Below, one piece after another: positions 19,920-29,455 of a stretch of 64,000 nt of DNA. Every line of letters begins with the position of its first letter. Positions within the stretch are counted from its first letter, which is position 1. Made by a program: the position numbers and the translations under genes. Under the pieces are notes generated by a model, which had not been told where the DNA came from, ran no database searches, and was given only the letters and a program-made list of their open reading frames with translations. The stretch spans positions 2,528,001 to 2,592,000 of the forward strand of contig CAWGRW010000009.1 of NCBI GenBank assembly GCA_963825135.1, read 5' to 3'. The DNA is from an uncultured bacterium (lineage in GTDB: Bacteria > Desulfobacterota_D > UBA1144 > Nemesobacterales > UBA2774).

Positions 19920-21155
19920 TTAGACTACGCCTTCTTCGACTCCGACGATGGAGTAATAGGGTTCGTTCCCGAGCTTGAGCTCCCGGGCGTCCACGTATTC
20001 CTTCACGATACCGTAGACGTCTGCCGACACTATGACCCTCCAGACGGGGGCTATGGTGCTGATTTTTCTGGCCATGTCCGTGATCTGCTTTACGCCGTGC
20101 GGCATGCCGGAGTCTTCGTACACGGGGATGGACTTCATGCCTATTCCGATCTTCCCGCTTATGGGGGCCTTGCCCTCTATCTTTCTTTCCTTCGTAATGC
20201 TCGCAAGGAGCTGGAGCACCTCGACGGCCGAGCATACGGCCTTTAGTTCGGGATTCACCTGCTCGTCAGGGGCGTTGAAAAACGCCACGATCTCGTCCTT
20301 CAGGAGCGCCTCGATCACCCCTCCGTAGTTGGATATTATCGCCGACGCGGCTTTCCGGTAATCGGCCAGGAACGAGTTGAACTCGGACGGCTTGAGCGTG
20401 TTGGAAAGCTCCTGGAAGTCGGCTATCTTGGCGACGATGACGGTCACGTTACGGGGCCTGGACGTTGTCTCTTCCTCCTCCTCGTCCTCGTCGGAGGCAA
20501 TGAGAGTCGGCTGGAACGGGGGTATCTCCTCCTCCATGTCCTCCCTCTTCCTCATTCTATCGACCATCTGGTTAAACGTCTCGTAGGCCCTGATTGTGGA
20601 AACGTCGTCGGAAGCTTCCGGGTCGAGCCTTGCGCCCGTGAGGTCCCCGCGGGAGACGCTCTTCATGGCGGATATCAGCTTTTCTATCGCGTCGTTACGG
20701 CCCGAGGAGAAGAGCGACAGTATGAATATGACTATCACGGAGACCGCGACGCCTATGAGGACGCTCCACATGAGGGAGGAAAGGACGAGGCTCTTGAAGT
20801 CCCTCCCGGTGACCCCGAGCACAATCGTGTTGTTCTCGGGCGTGGTAATTGGGACGATCTCGAGATTCTCCGTGTCATCCCCTCCGAAGCTCTCGAGCAT
20901 AACGCCGTCCGGGTTGAGGAGCTTTATATAAACTATGTCGTGTCTGGAGTTCAGTATCTCTTTAGAAGTGTCTGCGAAGGTCTTGCCCGGGGCGTTGAAG
21001 AGCTGGGCCAGCTCCTGGCCCCTTTGTTCCGTAATCGTGGTCGTGAAATAGTAGGAGTTAAATAGAGAGACGAGGACGGAGACGAGGATGAATATCAGGG
21101 CGAGAACAAGACTGTTTCCCGAATATATGTTCCCTAACCTGGACTTGAATCCCAT
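19920..21155 (-). CDS. Membrane sensor with HAMP domain and degenerate class III nucleotidyl cyclase domain
   Basis: Two TM segments, HAMP-like segment (MKSVSRGDL...FNQMVDRM), cyclase-like VTVIVAKIADF...YGGVI...DEIVAFFNAP. Confidence 0.75.
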   Translation of the reverse strand: MGFKSRLGNIYSGNSLVLALIFILVSVLVSLFNSYYFTTTITEQRGQELAQLFNAPGKTFADTSKEILNSRHDIVYIKLLNPDGVMLESFGGDDTENLEIVPITTPENNTIVLGVTGRDFKSLVLSSLMWSVLIGVAVSVIVIFILSLFSSGRNDAIEKLISAMKSVSRGDLTGARLDPEASDDVSTIRAYETFNQMVDRMRKREDMEEEIPPFQPTLIASDEDEEEEETTSRPRNVTVIVAKIADFQELSNTLKPSEFNSFLADYRKAASAIISNYGGVIEALLKDEIVAFFNAPDEQVNPELKAVCSAVEVLQLLASITKERKIEGKAPISGKIGIGMKSIPVYEDSGMPHGVKQITDMARKISTIAPVWRVIVSADVYGIVKEYVDARELKLGNEPYYSIVGVEEGVV

Positions 21156-21462
21156 GTATCTCGTTTCTCCGGCAGTTCGAACGCGCCGCGGTCAACAGCC
21201 GCCCGCGTTCATTTAAAGTGAAGACTTCGCATAGAAAAAGCTACCTTATAATACTGAGTAAAATTTAACTAGTAAAGATTAATTTTAACAGAGTGTTAAC
21301 AAAATCGCGGGCTCGTTCGGGGCCGCCCTGCGGAATGAATAATTATCCGTGTTGATTGCTTATGGCTGAATGGCCGCCGTCCGGGCCGTCGTTTCCCGCC
21401 GGGAGCCGGGGGAGCCGCTCCGGGCTCCCGGCACGGCTGAAATTCCGGATATTGGTCCCGGC

Positions 21463-21729
21463 CTAAGCCTGTGCCTGAACCGGCTGGATATTGATCTTTG
21501 TCTTGTTTTTCCTGAACGGCTGAAACTCCACCACGCCGTCCTTAAGCGCGAAGAGCGTGTGGTCGCGTCCCATGCCCACGTTGAGTCCCGGGTGGAACGT
21601 CGTGCCCCTCTGCCTCGCGAGGATGTTGCCGGCCTTTACGACCTCCCCGCCGAATTTCTTGACCCCGAGCCTGCGGCCCCTGGAGTCCCTGCCGTTTCTG
21701 GTGCTGCCGCCGCCTTTTTTTGTTGCCAC
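21463..21729 (-). CDS. rpmA: 50S ribosomal protein L27
   Basis: [13 protein letters not shown]...RQRGT...GRDHTLFAL. Confidence 0.98.
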   Translation of the reverse strand: MATKKGGGSTRNGRDSRGRRLGVKKFGGEVVKAGNILARQRGTTFHPGLNVGMGRDHTLFALKDGVVEFQPFRKNKTKINIQPVQAQA

Positions 21730-21748
21730 TTTGGGTTACCTCCCTGCC

Positions 21749-22060
21749 TTACTTTGAAATTTCCGTTATCTCGACCGAAGTGAACTTCTGGCGGTGCCCT
21801 GTCTTCTTCCTGAAGTCTTTCCTTCTCCTGAACTTGAAGATGATGAGCTTCTCGCCCTTCTTCGTGCCGATTATCTTCGCCTTGACTACGGCGCTGTCTA
21901 AGACAGGCGAGCCTATGGCGGTCCCGCCCTCGTCCGCGACAAGCAGTACGTCCTTGAATTCGACGTCGTCGCCCGGGTTCCCCTTGAGGAGCTCCACGTC
22001 GATTACGTCGCCTTTGTTTACGATGTACTGTTTTCCGCCGGTTTTAATTACCGCCTGCAT
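21749..22060 (-). CDS. rplU: 50S ribosomal protein L21
   Basis: [10 protein letters not shown]...KKTGHRQ. Start taken at MQAVIK. Confidence 0.97.
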   Translation of the reverse strand: MQAVIKTGGKQYIVNKGDVIDVELLKGNPGDDVEFKDVLLVADEGGTAIGSPVLDSAVVKAKIIGTKKGEKLIIFKFRRRKDFRKKTGHRQKFTSVEITEISK

Positions 22061-22203
22061 GATGTACTCCTCCCGCTTCTGTGAAAGGGTAAAATTATTC
22101 ATATTTATGGCGTGTTGTCAAATATTTGAATATTAGGGAAGCGGAATTCCAATGAGCCTGACCTTCTTCAGGCGCGCGTGTTTTTTTACGCGCATTTTTT
22201 TAC

Positions 22204-22413
22204 TGTGTATTCATTCATTGTGTATTACTTATATGTGTATTCCTTAGGGGGCAAAAATTGACCCCCGGGGGGTCATTATTTGAGGGGTGGGGCTTCATAT
22301 TTTGAAGGGGTGGGTGACAATTCCTTCACCCTCCCTCTTACCGCATTTAGACAATGGGACCAATGGGACATACGAGCGGGGAATATACCCTGATGATGTG
22401 TCCCGTCTGTCCC
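22204..22413. repeat. Iteron-like repeat cluster, possible orphan replication-origin remnant
   Basis: TGTGTATT x3 at 15-nt spacing (22204, 22219, 22234); four roughly 21-22-nt G-flanked quasi-palindromes (22246-22331); GGGAC x2 facing GTCCC x2 (22354-22413). Confidence 0.5.
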
Positions 22414-22464
22414 GCGACTGCCGGAGCGATTCTCCGGCTTTTCCGGCATACGCTATCGCATGAA

Positions 22465-23598
22465 TCAGAGGCCGAACCAGCGGGCGCGCCTGCTCGAACC
22501 GAAATGCTCCTTTGCGGTCCGCATGGCGACTGAAGGCTCGTGGTATATACCCGTGGGCGAAGGCCCCGAGAAGAAATCCACGTCTACCCGGCCGATCTTC
22601 CCGGCGCCGAACTCGATGTAGCAGGAACCCGCGCCGGTGTAAGCCCCTGACTGCCCGCCCCCGCGTATGCGCGCGATAAGCGAATCCGCGACGGCGCGGG
22701 CCGCGGCCTCGGCAAACACGCCCGCCTTGGGCGTTCCGGTATTCGCGATGTCCCCGATTGCGTAGACCCCGTCGAATCGTGTCTCGAGCGTCCGCGGATT
22801 GACGGGCACCCAGCCGTTCTCGGCCATGCCGCTTTCCTCGACAACCTTCGGCGCACAGTGCCTGGGCACGCCCAGGTATAAGTCGTAGGGCAGCTCGCTG
22901 CCGTCGTCCAGCACCGCCACGCGGCGGCCGGGGTCGAGCGAAGCCACGCGGCGGCCGGGGACAAACTTGATGCCGCGCTCAGAAAAGGCGGCGACGAGCG
23001 CCCTGGAAGTGTCGGGCGACGGCGGCACCGGGCTCCCAAACGGCAGCACCAGCGTAATTTCGCATCGGCCGCGGACGCCCTTTGTCCTCAGGTAGTCGTG
23101 CAGCAGAAGCGCGCATTCGCTCGGCGCCGGCGGGCACTTGTACGGCGCCGCGGAAACGCCGATGACGGCCGGGCCCTTTGAGAAATTTTGAAGCATCCCG
23201 CGCAGCCGCTCCGCCCCGGCCGCGGAATAAAACTCGCAGCCCTCCTCGGCAAGCCCCGGCGTGGCGTCGAGGTCGTAGTCGGCGCCCAGCGCGACTACCA
23301 GGACATCTGACTCGAAGCCGCCGGCATCGGTAGTGACGCGCCGCGCTTCCGGATCAATCGCGGTAATCGTCTCCCGCACAAAGCGCACTCCCGTTTTTAC
23401 AAAGTTACGGTACGGCAGACGGACCGCGTCAAACACCGTTCGGCCGAACATTACGTCGAGCTTCGAGTAGCCGAAAATAAAGTGGTCGTTCTTGTCGATG
23501 AGGGTCACATCGACCTCATCGCTGAGCGCCTCCGACAACAGGGTGCTGAGCTCGAGGCCTCCGAAACCCGCTCCGAGAACCAGGACGCGCGTCTTCAT
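22465..23598 (-). CDS. FAD-dependent oxidoreductase, sulfide:quinone oxidoreductase-like
   Basis: GAGFGG, YKCPPAPSE, YAIGD, PKAGVFA, GSCYIEFG. Start taken at MKTRV. Confidence 0.8.
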   Translation of the reverse strand: MKTRVLVLGAGFGGLELSTLLSEALSDEVDVTLIDKNDHFIFGYSKLDVMFGRTVFDAVRLPYRNFVKTGVRFVRETITAIDPEARRVTTDAGGFESDVLVVALGADYDLDATPGLAEEGCEFYSAAGAERLRGMLQNFSKGPAVIGVSAAPYKCPPAPSECALLLHDYLRTKGVRGRCEITLVLPFGSPVPPSPDTSRALVAAFSERGIKFVPGRRVASLDPGRRVAVLDDGSELPYDLYLGVPRHCAPKVVEESGMAENGWVPVNPRTLETRFDGVYAIGDIANTGTPKAGVFAEAAARAVADSLIARIRGGGQSGAYTGAGSCYIEFGAGKIGRVDVDFFSGPSPTGIYHEPSVAMRTAKEHFGSSRRARWFGL

Positions 23599-23654
23599 GG
23601 AGATATCCTCCCAAAAAAAGAATTGTCGATGCTCTCGCGGCGGGCAGCGCATTG

Positions 23655-23824
23655 CGATCGCAATGACATCTATTATTCTGTCATCGCGAGAACTGCTCTG
23701 ATGAATAAGAAGAGCAGGTCGCCATTGGCTGAATACTGTGCTCTTATATGCTAAGGCACATAGAATATTAATCCAAAACGGAGCGACTGTGGCGATCTCG
23801 CTTTATTCATGAGATTACCGCGGT
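23655..23824. repeat. GTCAT(T/C)GCGAG-type REP-like unit interrupted by an approximately 88-nt insert
   Basis: CGCAATGACA, then TGTCATCGCGAG [23691-23778] CGGAGCGACTGTGGCGATCTC...GAGATT. Confidence 0.6.
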
Positions 23825-23834
23825 ATAAGAATTC

Positions 23835-24857
23835 CTACTTATACGCTATGGCGGCGCTCGAAGGGCCAATGAGGTGTATCACCTCGAACTTCCTGAACCC
23901 GGCCTCCGCGCACCACTCCGCGAAATCGGCGCCCGTGTAGTCAAACCCCTCGCCCGTCTCGATCAGCATGTTGAGGGACATCAGGAGACCGAACGTGTTC
24001 TCCCTGCGCTCGTCGTCGATAAGCTGCTCAATCACTATGAACGCCCCTTTTTCAGGAAGGGCATCGTACGCCGCCCTTATCAGGGCCTTTTTCTTATCGA
24101 GGCTCCAGTCGTGGAGTATCATCCCCATCGTAATCACCTCCGCTTTCGGAAGAGGGTCGCGGAAGAAGTCTCCTGAGGCGGTGGATATCCGGTCCGAGAG
24201 GCCCGCGCGCTCGATAGACCTTTTCGCGATGGGCTCGACCTCCGGGAGGTCGAAGGACGTGCATTTGAGGTTCCTGTGTTTTTCCGAGACCGCTATGGAG
24301 AGCACCCCCGCCGCCCCGCCCACGTCGCAGAGCGTCCTGTACCGGGAGAAGTCGAACTTCTGGGCGAGCGCGACGAAATTATGCCGCGATATGCCGGCCA
24401 TCGCCCCCATGAACTGCTCGAGGCGCGGTATGTCCGAGTATAGCTCCTCGAAGAGGGACTTCCGGCTGTGCTTTATCTCGTTCTGCGCCATTCCGGTCTT
24501 AAGCGCGTCGCCGAGGTCGTCCCAGTATTTATAGAGCCGCTTGTTGAGCATTTCGAGAATGCCGCCCAGGTACGAAGGGCTCTCCCTGTCGAGATACGCG
24601 CGTGTGGCCTCGGTGTTGGAGTAGAGCGCTCCGGGACCGTCCCCTTCCCTGCCGAGGAATCCCATGGAGAGGAGCGCGTCGAGGAAGTCCCGGACGCCTC
24701 TCGGGTGCAGCGACAGCTTCTCCCCAATCTCTCCCGCGGTCATGGATTTGTCGCCGAGCTCGGTGAACAGGCCGAACTCGACAGCCGTAAGCAGTACCTT
24801 GGATTCCCAGAATCCGAATCCTGTGCGCATTATCGAGAATGGGTCTTTCATGGGCAT
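23835..24857 (-). CDS. SAM-dependent O-methyltransferase family 2 (with dimerisation domain)
   Basis: SKVLLTAVEFGLF, CDVGGAAG, GDFF, MILHDW, LMSLNML. Confidence 0.88.
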   Translation of the reverse strand: MPMKDPFSIMRTGFGFWESKVLLTAVEFGLFTELGDKSMTAGEIGEKLSLHPRGVRDFLDALLSMGFLGREGDGPGALYSNTEATRAYLDRESPSYLGGILEMLNKRLYKYWDDLGDALKTGMAQNEIKHSRKSLFEELYSDIPRLEQFMGAMAGISRHNFVALAQKFDFSRYRTLCDVGGAAGVLSIAVSEKHRNLKCTSFDLPEVEPIAKRSIERAGLSDRISTASGDFFRDPLPKAEVITMGMILHDWSLDKKKALIRAAYDALPEKGAFIVIEQLIDDERRENTFGLLMSLNMLIETGEGFDYTGADFAEWCAEAGFRKFEVIHLIGPSSAAIAYK

Positions 24858-24944
24858 TAATATACCCGCTATAAGTAAACTTTTTTCCTTAATGGAAAAA
24901 ACAAAGATACCACACGTAATACGGCACACAATGTTTGTTTTATG

Positions 24945-25358
24945 AAAAGGCAAAGGAAGGAAATATTATTTCTTCTTTTCCTCCTCAAATTGCAGGAGCG
25001 GCTTCCAGCCGCGATCCGTTATTTTGAAAGGACTGGATTCCCGATAAAGGAATTCGGGAATGACAAATCATTTCCCCCCTTAGGAAAAGGGGAACAGTTC
25101 CGAACGTGTGAGGAATTGGTCGGAGTTGATTAAAAGCAAAGAAGTCCCATAATCGAAGTGACATGGTATTTGAAACCAGATTCAGGGGGATTTAGTCTTT
25201 GATGATGACTGTTGAGGGATTAACGAAAAGGCAAACGGAAAATCCTCCCTAACCCTCCTTTTCCTAAGGAGGGAATTAACTATGCAAGGCGAACTTGCTG
25301 CAGTTGCTGGATTGAGCTGAAGAGTCTGGACAGAATCATAAAACACACGTTGTGTGTG
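24945..25358. repeat. Intergenic mosaic of REP-like repeats
   Basis: GTAG-type-like TGCAGGAGCGGCTTCCAGCCGCGA (24991); CTGGATTCCCG..CGGGAATGAC (25033); CCCCCT/AGGGG unit with 87-nt insert (25071-25194); CCCTCCTT/AAGGAGGG (25239-25277); stop-anchored 70-mer (25290-25358). Confidence 0.8.
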
Positions 25359-27233
25359 TCAGCCCTCGAGCACGAGGTTGAACACGGAGGAGTCTACGTG
25401 CACCTTGTCGCGGAGCTTCTCGTTCACCGCTATGTATATCCTGTCCCCGTATCTCGACAGGCGGTTGATGAGCGTGTGCAGGTGATGGCGCTCGGCCTCG
25501 TGTATCTCCTCGATATTGAGCGTGACCGAGGAGGACGAGCTCTGGAGCACGTTTTCTATGTGCGTGCCCATGCGCTCGAAGAATTCCCCGCCGAGCACCC
25601 CTTTCATGGATATGGAGAGGTTGTGCGCCGCGTTCCTTACCCTATCGAGGGATACTTCGAGCACGCCCTTTTTGAGATAGCGCTCGAAGGTTTCCTCGAA
25701 CGCCGCGAGGTGGTTCCTGGCGAGGCTGCCCTCTTCTTCCGTTACCCTTATGAAATGACGGTCGATGTAATTCCTCATCGAGATGCCTATGATCCAGTCC
25801 TGCACGACGAGCGGAACCATGCCCGGGTTCGTGAACGGGAACGTCCTTAAGACATGATACGCCCTCGAAAACCCGCCCGGTATTATGCCGTTCACGATGA
25901 AGTTCTTAAGCGAGCGTATCTGGTCCCCGATGCCGTACGTGCTCCTGAAAATGGGGTTCTTCATGTATTTCATTTTATTCCCTATCCTCTCGGCTATGGT
26001 CGCGTCGTCAAGGAGCCTGTAGTAGAGCTCCCGGTAGCCGCTCACCATCTCGTCGTAGGACATCTGTTTCGGTATGAGGTTCGTGCCGAGCTTGGTGTTG
26101 TCGGTCCCGCTCGCTTCCTTGAGCAGGCGGCCGTCTTTCTCCAGACGCTCGTAAAGAGGCGTCTTGGGCACGGCCGTGAGGAGGCCTATCATCGCCGCCT
26201 GAATGCCGGAGCTCTGTATGAAATTGTACTGGAGGTCGAACGTGCGGACGGTATCGTTATCGAACCCGATTATGAAGCCCGCGAGCACCTCTATGCCGTA
26301 TGAATAAACGTGCCTTATGGAGCTGAGTATGTCGCCCCTCGTGTTCTGGAACTTGAGCGTTTCCTTCAAGCTCCCCTCGTCCGGGGACTCTATGCCTATG
26401 AACACCCAGCCGAAGTTCGCCTTCGTGAAGAGCTCCAGAAGCTCGTCGTCTTGCGCGATGTTGAGAGACGCCTCGGTCCCGAAGAGGAATTTGTAGTCGT
26501 GCTCCTTCTGATAATCCGTCAGGTAAGCCATGAGCTTCTTGGCGACGGGCTTGTTTCCGATCAGGTTGTCGTCGACGAAGAATACGTTCGTGACGTTTAA
26601 TTTCCTAAGCTCGTCGAGCTCCCTCCCCACCTGCTCGAACGCCTTGACCCTGGGCTTCCGCCCGAACATTACTATTATGTCGCAGAACTCGCACCGGTAC
26701 GGGCACCCCCTGGAGAACTGGAGGCTCACCGCCTGGTACTTGTCGAGCTTGAGCAGGTCGAACCGGGGCGTCGGGGAGTCCTCGAGCGAGACCTCTTCGC
26801 ATTCCTTATAGAGCTTCGCCGGGGAGCCGCTGTCAAAATCGGCGCAGAACCTCTTCCATATGTATTCGGCTTCGCCCGCGACCACGGTGTCGGCTATCGT
26901 CTGATAGTACTCCGGGCACAGGGAGGCGTAACTCCCGCCGGCGACGACGTAGTACCCCCTGTTCCTGTAAAACCTGAGAAGCTCCTTCTGTCTCAGGAAC
27001 TGCACCCCCATCCCGCAGACGCCTATGACGTCGGCCACGGGGTTGAGCGGTATGGTCTCGATGTTTTCGTCTATTATTTCGATTTCCCACTCGGACGGGC
27101 TCAGGGCCGCGAGCGTCGCCAGCCCCAGGGGCGGGTTTATGGTCCTTATGTCCCGGGGCATGATGTTGTCGACCGCCCATTTGAAGCTCCAGAAGCTCTC
27201 CGGGAATCTCGGGTTAATGAGTAAAAGTTTCAT
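25359..27233 (-). CDS. Cobalamin-binding radical SAM enzyme (HpnP/DUF4070-like) with C-terminal extension
   Basis: NPRFPESFWSF, PPLGLATLAA, GEAE, RGCPYRCEFCDI, DDN, GFIIGFDND. Confidence 0.88.
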   Translation of the reverse strand: MKLLLINPRFPESFWSFKWAVDNIMPRDIRTINPPLGLATLAALSPSEWEIEIIDENIETIPLNPVADVIGVCGMGVQFLRQKELLRFYRNRGYYVVAGGSYASLCPEYYQTIADTVVAGEAEYIWKRFCADFDSGSPAKLYKECEEVSLEDSPTPRFDLLKLDKYQAVSLQFSRGCPYRCEFCDIIVMFGRKPRVKAFEQVGRELDELRKLNVTNVFFVDDNLIGNKPVAKKLMAYLTDYQKEHDYKFLFGTEASLNIAQDDELLELFTKANFGWVFIGIESPDEGSLKETLKFQNTRGDILSSIRHVYSYGIEVLAGFIIGFDNDTVRTFDLQYNFIQSSGIQAAMIGLLTAVPKTPLYERLEKDGRLLKEASGTDNTKLGTNLIPKQMSYDEMVSGYRELYYRLLDDATIAERIGNKMKYMKNPIFRSTYGIGDQIRSLKNFIVNGIIPGGFSRAYHVLRTFPFTNPGMVPLVVQDWIIGISMRNYIDRHFIRVTEEEGSLARNHLAAFEETFERYLKKGVLEVSLDRVRNAAHNLSISMKGVLGGEFFERMGTHIENVLQSSSSSVTLNIEEIHEAERHHLHTLINRLSRYGDRIYIAVNEKLRDKVHVDSSVFNLVLEG

Positions 27234-27399
27234 CGCGCCTCCGCTCTGGCCTCGATCATCATCGCGTGATATGGATTAATGGTGATGGGTCCTTTCTGTC
27301 TCCATTGTAGATTATATTCCAAGGTTAATCAATAGATTTTAACGGCAGGAGTGGCATCGTCTTTCACGAGTTGCGTTCTCGCCCGATTTATAAGATTGC

Positions 27400-27460
27400 C
27401 GCGGTTACTGGTTTAGGCAAGGTAGTTCCGGTAGAATCGTAAGAACACACATTGCGTGCG
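27400..27460 (-). repeat. Stop-codon-anchored ~70-nt repeat
   Basis: TGA then CGCACGCAATGTGTGTTCTTACGATTC..., homologous to the copies at 16063, 25358 and 31708. Confidence 0.7.
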
Positions 27461-27952
27461 TCACCCGCCAGGCATCCTGAGAGCCTGCGGGGACACTATG
27501 ATCCCCGTGCCGTCGGCGTAGACGTACTCTCCGGGCAGGAATGTTACCCCCGCGAAGGTCACGGCGACGCCCGTCTCTCCAGCTCCGTTCCTCTCGGTCT
27601 TGAGCGGTATCGAAGCGAGCGCCCTGATGCCGAGGTCGAGGCCCTTTAGAGCGTCCGCGTCCCTCACGGCGCCGTAAATGACGAGCCCCTCCCAACCGTT
27701 CTTCATTGCCGACTCGGCAATGAGGTCCCCCATAAGGGCCTTTCTCACCGAGCCTCCTCCGTCGACGACCATAACCTTGCCGCGCCCGGGCCTGCCGGCA
27801 ATTTCCTTCACGAACGAATTGTCCTCGAAGCACCTGACGGTGACGACCTCGCCCCCGAACGAGCGCCTGCCGCCGAAATCCCTGAATACGGGCTCGGCGA
27901 TACGGACGAGCGCGGGATAGAGGTCACAGAGGTCCGGGGTCGAGTATTCCAT
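27461..27952 (-). CDS. rraA: RraA family protein (HMG aldolase/oxaloacetate decarboxylase-like)
   Basis: TPDLCD, CFEDNS, VVDGGGS..ALMGD, GAVRD. Confidence 0.9.
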   Translation of the reverse strand: MEYSTPDLCDLYPALVRIAEPVFRDFGGRRSFGGEVVTVRCFEDNSFVKEIAGRPGRGKVMVVDGGGSVRKALMGDLIAESAMKNGWEGLVIYGAVRDADALKGLDLGIRALASIPLKTERNGAGETGVAVTFAGVTFLPGEYVYADGTGIIVSPQALRMPGG

Positions 27953-28000
27953 GCGGGTTTATCCTGATACCGGGAATTTATACAGCCGGGGTGAGAAATT

Positions 28001-28513
28001 TCAAGCCTGTCCCCAAAGCTTCTTCGGGTATTGGAAGTCGAGGAGCTTGCCTTTGCTCTTCCCGACGTCCTTCCATTTTTCTGCCCTGAATTCGAGGAGC
28101 ACGACGCCGCATGTGGGGACGTTGTCTATCCCCGCGTCCGAGAGCTCGTTCACTGCGGCGGTGACGGCGGGGTTGTGGCCGACGATCATCACGGTGCCGT
28201 ACTTGTCGTCGAGCCCCTTTATCACGTCAATAAGGCCGCCCCCATCGAACGTGTAGAGCCCCTCGTCGACGAGCACGTCCGATTTCTGAAACCCGAGCTC
28301 TTTAGCAATCTTCTCGGCCGTCTTGAGAGCGCGCACTGCCGGGCTCGACGTGACGAGATCAGGCCTCAGCTTGTAATCAGCCAGGTGCTTGCCCATTTTA
28401 GGCGCTTCTTCCTTGCCCCTCCGGTTAAGTGGCCTCTGCCTGTCGTCGAGCCCGGCGTCGTCCCAGCTCGATTTTGCGTGGCGGACGATGAAGAGTGTTT
28501 TTGATTTCGGCAT
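28001..28513 (-). CDS. sixA: SixA-like phosphohistidine phosphatase
   Basis: RHAKSSW, RPLN.RG, SSPAVRA, VGHNP, VPTCG. Confidence 0.85.
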   Translation of the reverse strand: MPKSKTLFIVRHAKSSWDDAGLDDRQRPLNRRGKEEAPKMGKHLADYKLRPDLVTSSPAVRALKTAEKIAKELGFQKSDVLVDEGLYTFDGGGLIDVIKGLDDKYGTVMIVGHNPAVTAAVNELSDAGIDNVPTCGVVLLEFRAEKWKDVGKSKGKLLDFQYPKKLWGQA

Positions 28514-28624
28514 CGCGGATCTCCTCTCTCTAAAGGCTAACATCCGCGAGAGGTATGGCAAGGCGATTAGCAGTCCGGTCATTCCCGGGTTGGATTATAA
28601 CCGGGAGACCGGCGCGGTACTCTA

Positions 28625-28653
28625 TTGTTAATTCCCCCGATTTATTGTAAAAT
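28625..28653 (+). promoter_or_regulatory. Putative sigma-70 promoter of the first IPTL-CTERM gene
   Basis: TTGTTA-N17-TAAAAT, conserved at 29395-29423; AGGAGG RBS downstream. Confidence 0.55.
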
Positions 28654-28688
28654 TGACAAATTGTACAAATTTACAGGAGGATAAATAT

Positions 28689-29222
28689 ATGAATATATAC
28701 ACCCATAAAGCATTACCGTTTTACGTTTTCGCGCTGTCCGTATTGGGACTTTTGCTCATTCCGTCTTTTAGTAACACCGCCCACGCGCAGTGCGCGGTTA
28801 TAATCTGCAAGAGCGCGCCTGAATTACCGGTAGTCGATTTCAAGGTCGCTGAGCTTGTCTTTCCTTTCACCGTGTCGCAGGGCGGTGACTCCGATACGTT
28901 CGAGCTGGTTCCAAACAGCGAATGCTTCGTCTCAGCTTTCAGCGGTGATAACTACGAAGTCGTCGAAGAACCCCTCCCCGGTTGGGTGCTGGACAACGTC
29001 GAGTGCAGCGATTCGACGCTTGTCGACGTGACGTTCATCAGAAACGGGATCAGCCTCGACTGTCTCGGAGGAACGGAGATAACGTGCACGTTCACGAACG
29101 TAACTGGACACGTGTCGAACATTCCGACACTTTCCGAATGGGGGATGATCGCAGCTGCGGCCGGACTCGCGCTCGTCGGCGTGTTCTTCGCTGTGAGGCG
29201 CAGGAAGGCAGGTGTGGTTTAA
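28689..29222 (+). CDS. IPTL-CTERM sorting-domain surface protein
   Basis: Signal peptide (AHA), 6-Cys domain ending CTFTN, C-terminal IPTLSEWG-TM-RRRK. Confidence 0.9.
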   Translation: MNIYTHKALPFYVFALSVLGLLLIPSFSNTAHAQCAVIICKSAPELPVVDFKVAELVFPFTVSQGGDSDTFELVPNSECFVSAFSGDNYEVVEEPLPGWVLDNVECSDSTLVDVTFIRNGISLDCLGGTEITCTFTNVTGHVSNIPTLSEWGMIAAAAGLALVGVFFAVRRRKAGVV

Positions 29223-29284
29223 GAAGGGATCAACAGAGTAAAAGATGAGACCCTGAAACGAGTTCAGGGTGACGAAAGAGTTGG

Positions 29285-29323
29285 AAGCCTCTTCCTCCCG
29301 AGCGGGGGAAGGGGCTTTTTTTT
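29285..29323 (+). terminator. Rho-independent terminator
   Basis: AGCCTCTTCCTCC/GGGGGAAGGGGCT hairpin plus T-run; duplicated at 30048. Confidence 0.8.
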
Positions 29324-29394
29324 GGAAACGGTTCCGTAATGACTTGAAATGTCAAAGTGTGCCGCTGTCCCGGCCGGAAATGACGGACGTTCTA

Positions 29395-29423
29395 TTGTTA
29401 ATCCCCCCGGTTTATTGTAAAAT
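29395..29423 (+). promoter_or_regulatory. Putative sigma-70 promoter of the second IPTL-CTERM gene
   Basis: TTGTTA-N17-TAAAAT, duplicate of 28625-28653. Confidence 0.55.
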
Positions 29424-29455
29424 GGACATATTTAAGCAACTTAAAGGAGGAATAT

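Noticed and set aside
22204..22413. Chromosomal oriC
   Set aside because: No DnaA boxes (TTATCCACA-like) were seen and there is no dnaA/dnaN/gidA context.
15531..27463. TGA followed by a hairpin as a possible SECIS/selenocysteine read-through signal
   Set aside because: The upstream proteins look complete and are not selenoprotein families at that position. One copy follows TAG, two copies are not at stops, and the read-through peptides are not meaningful.
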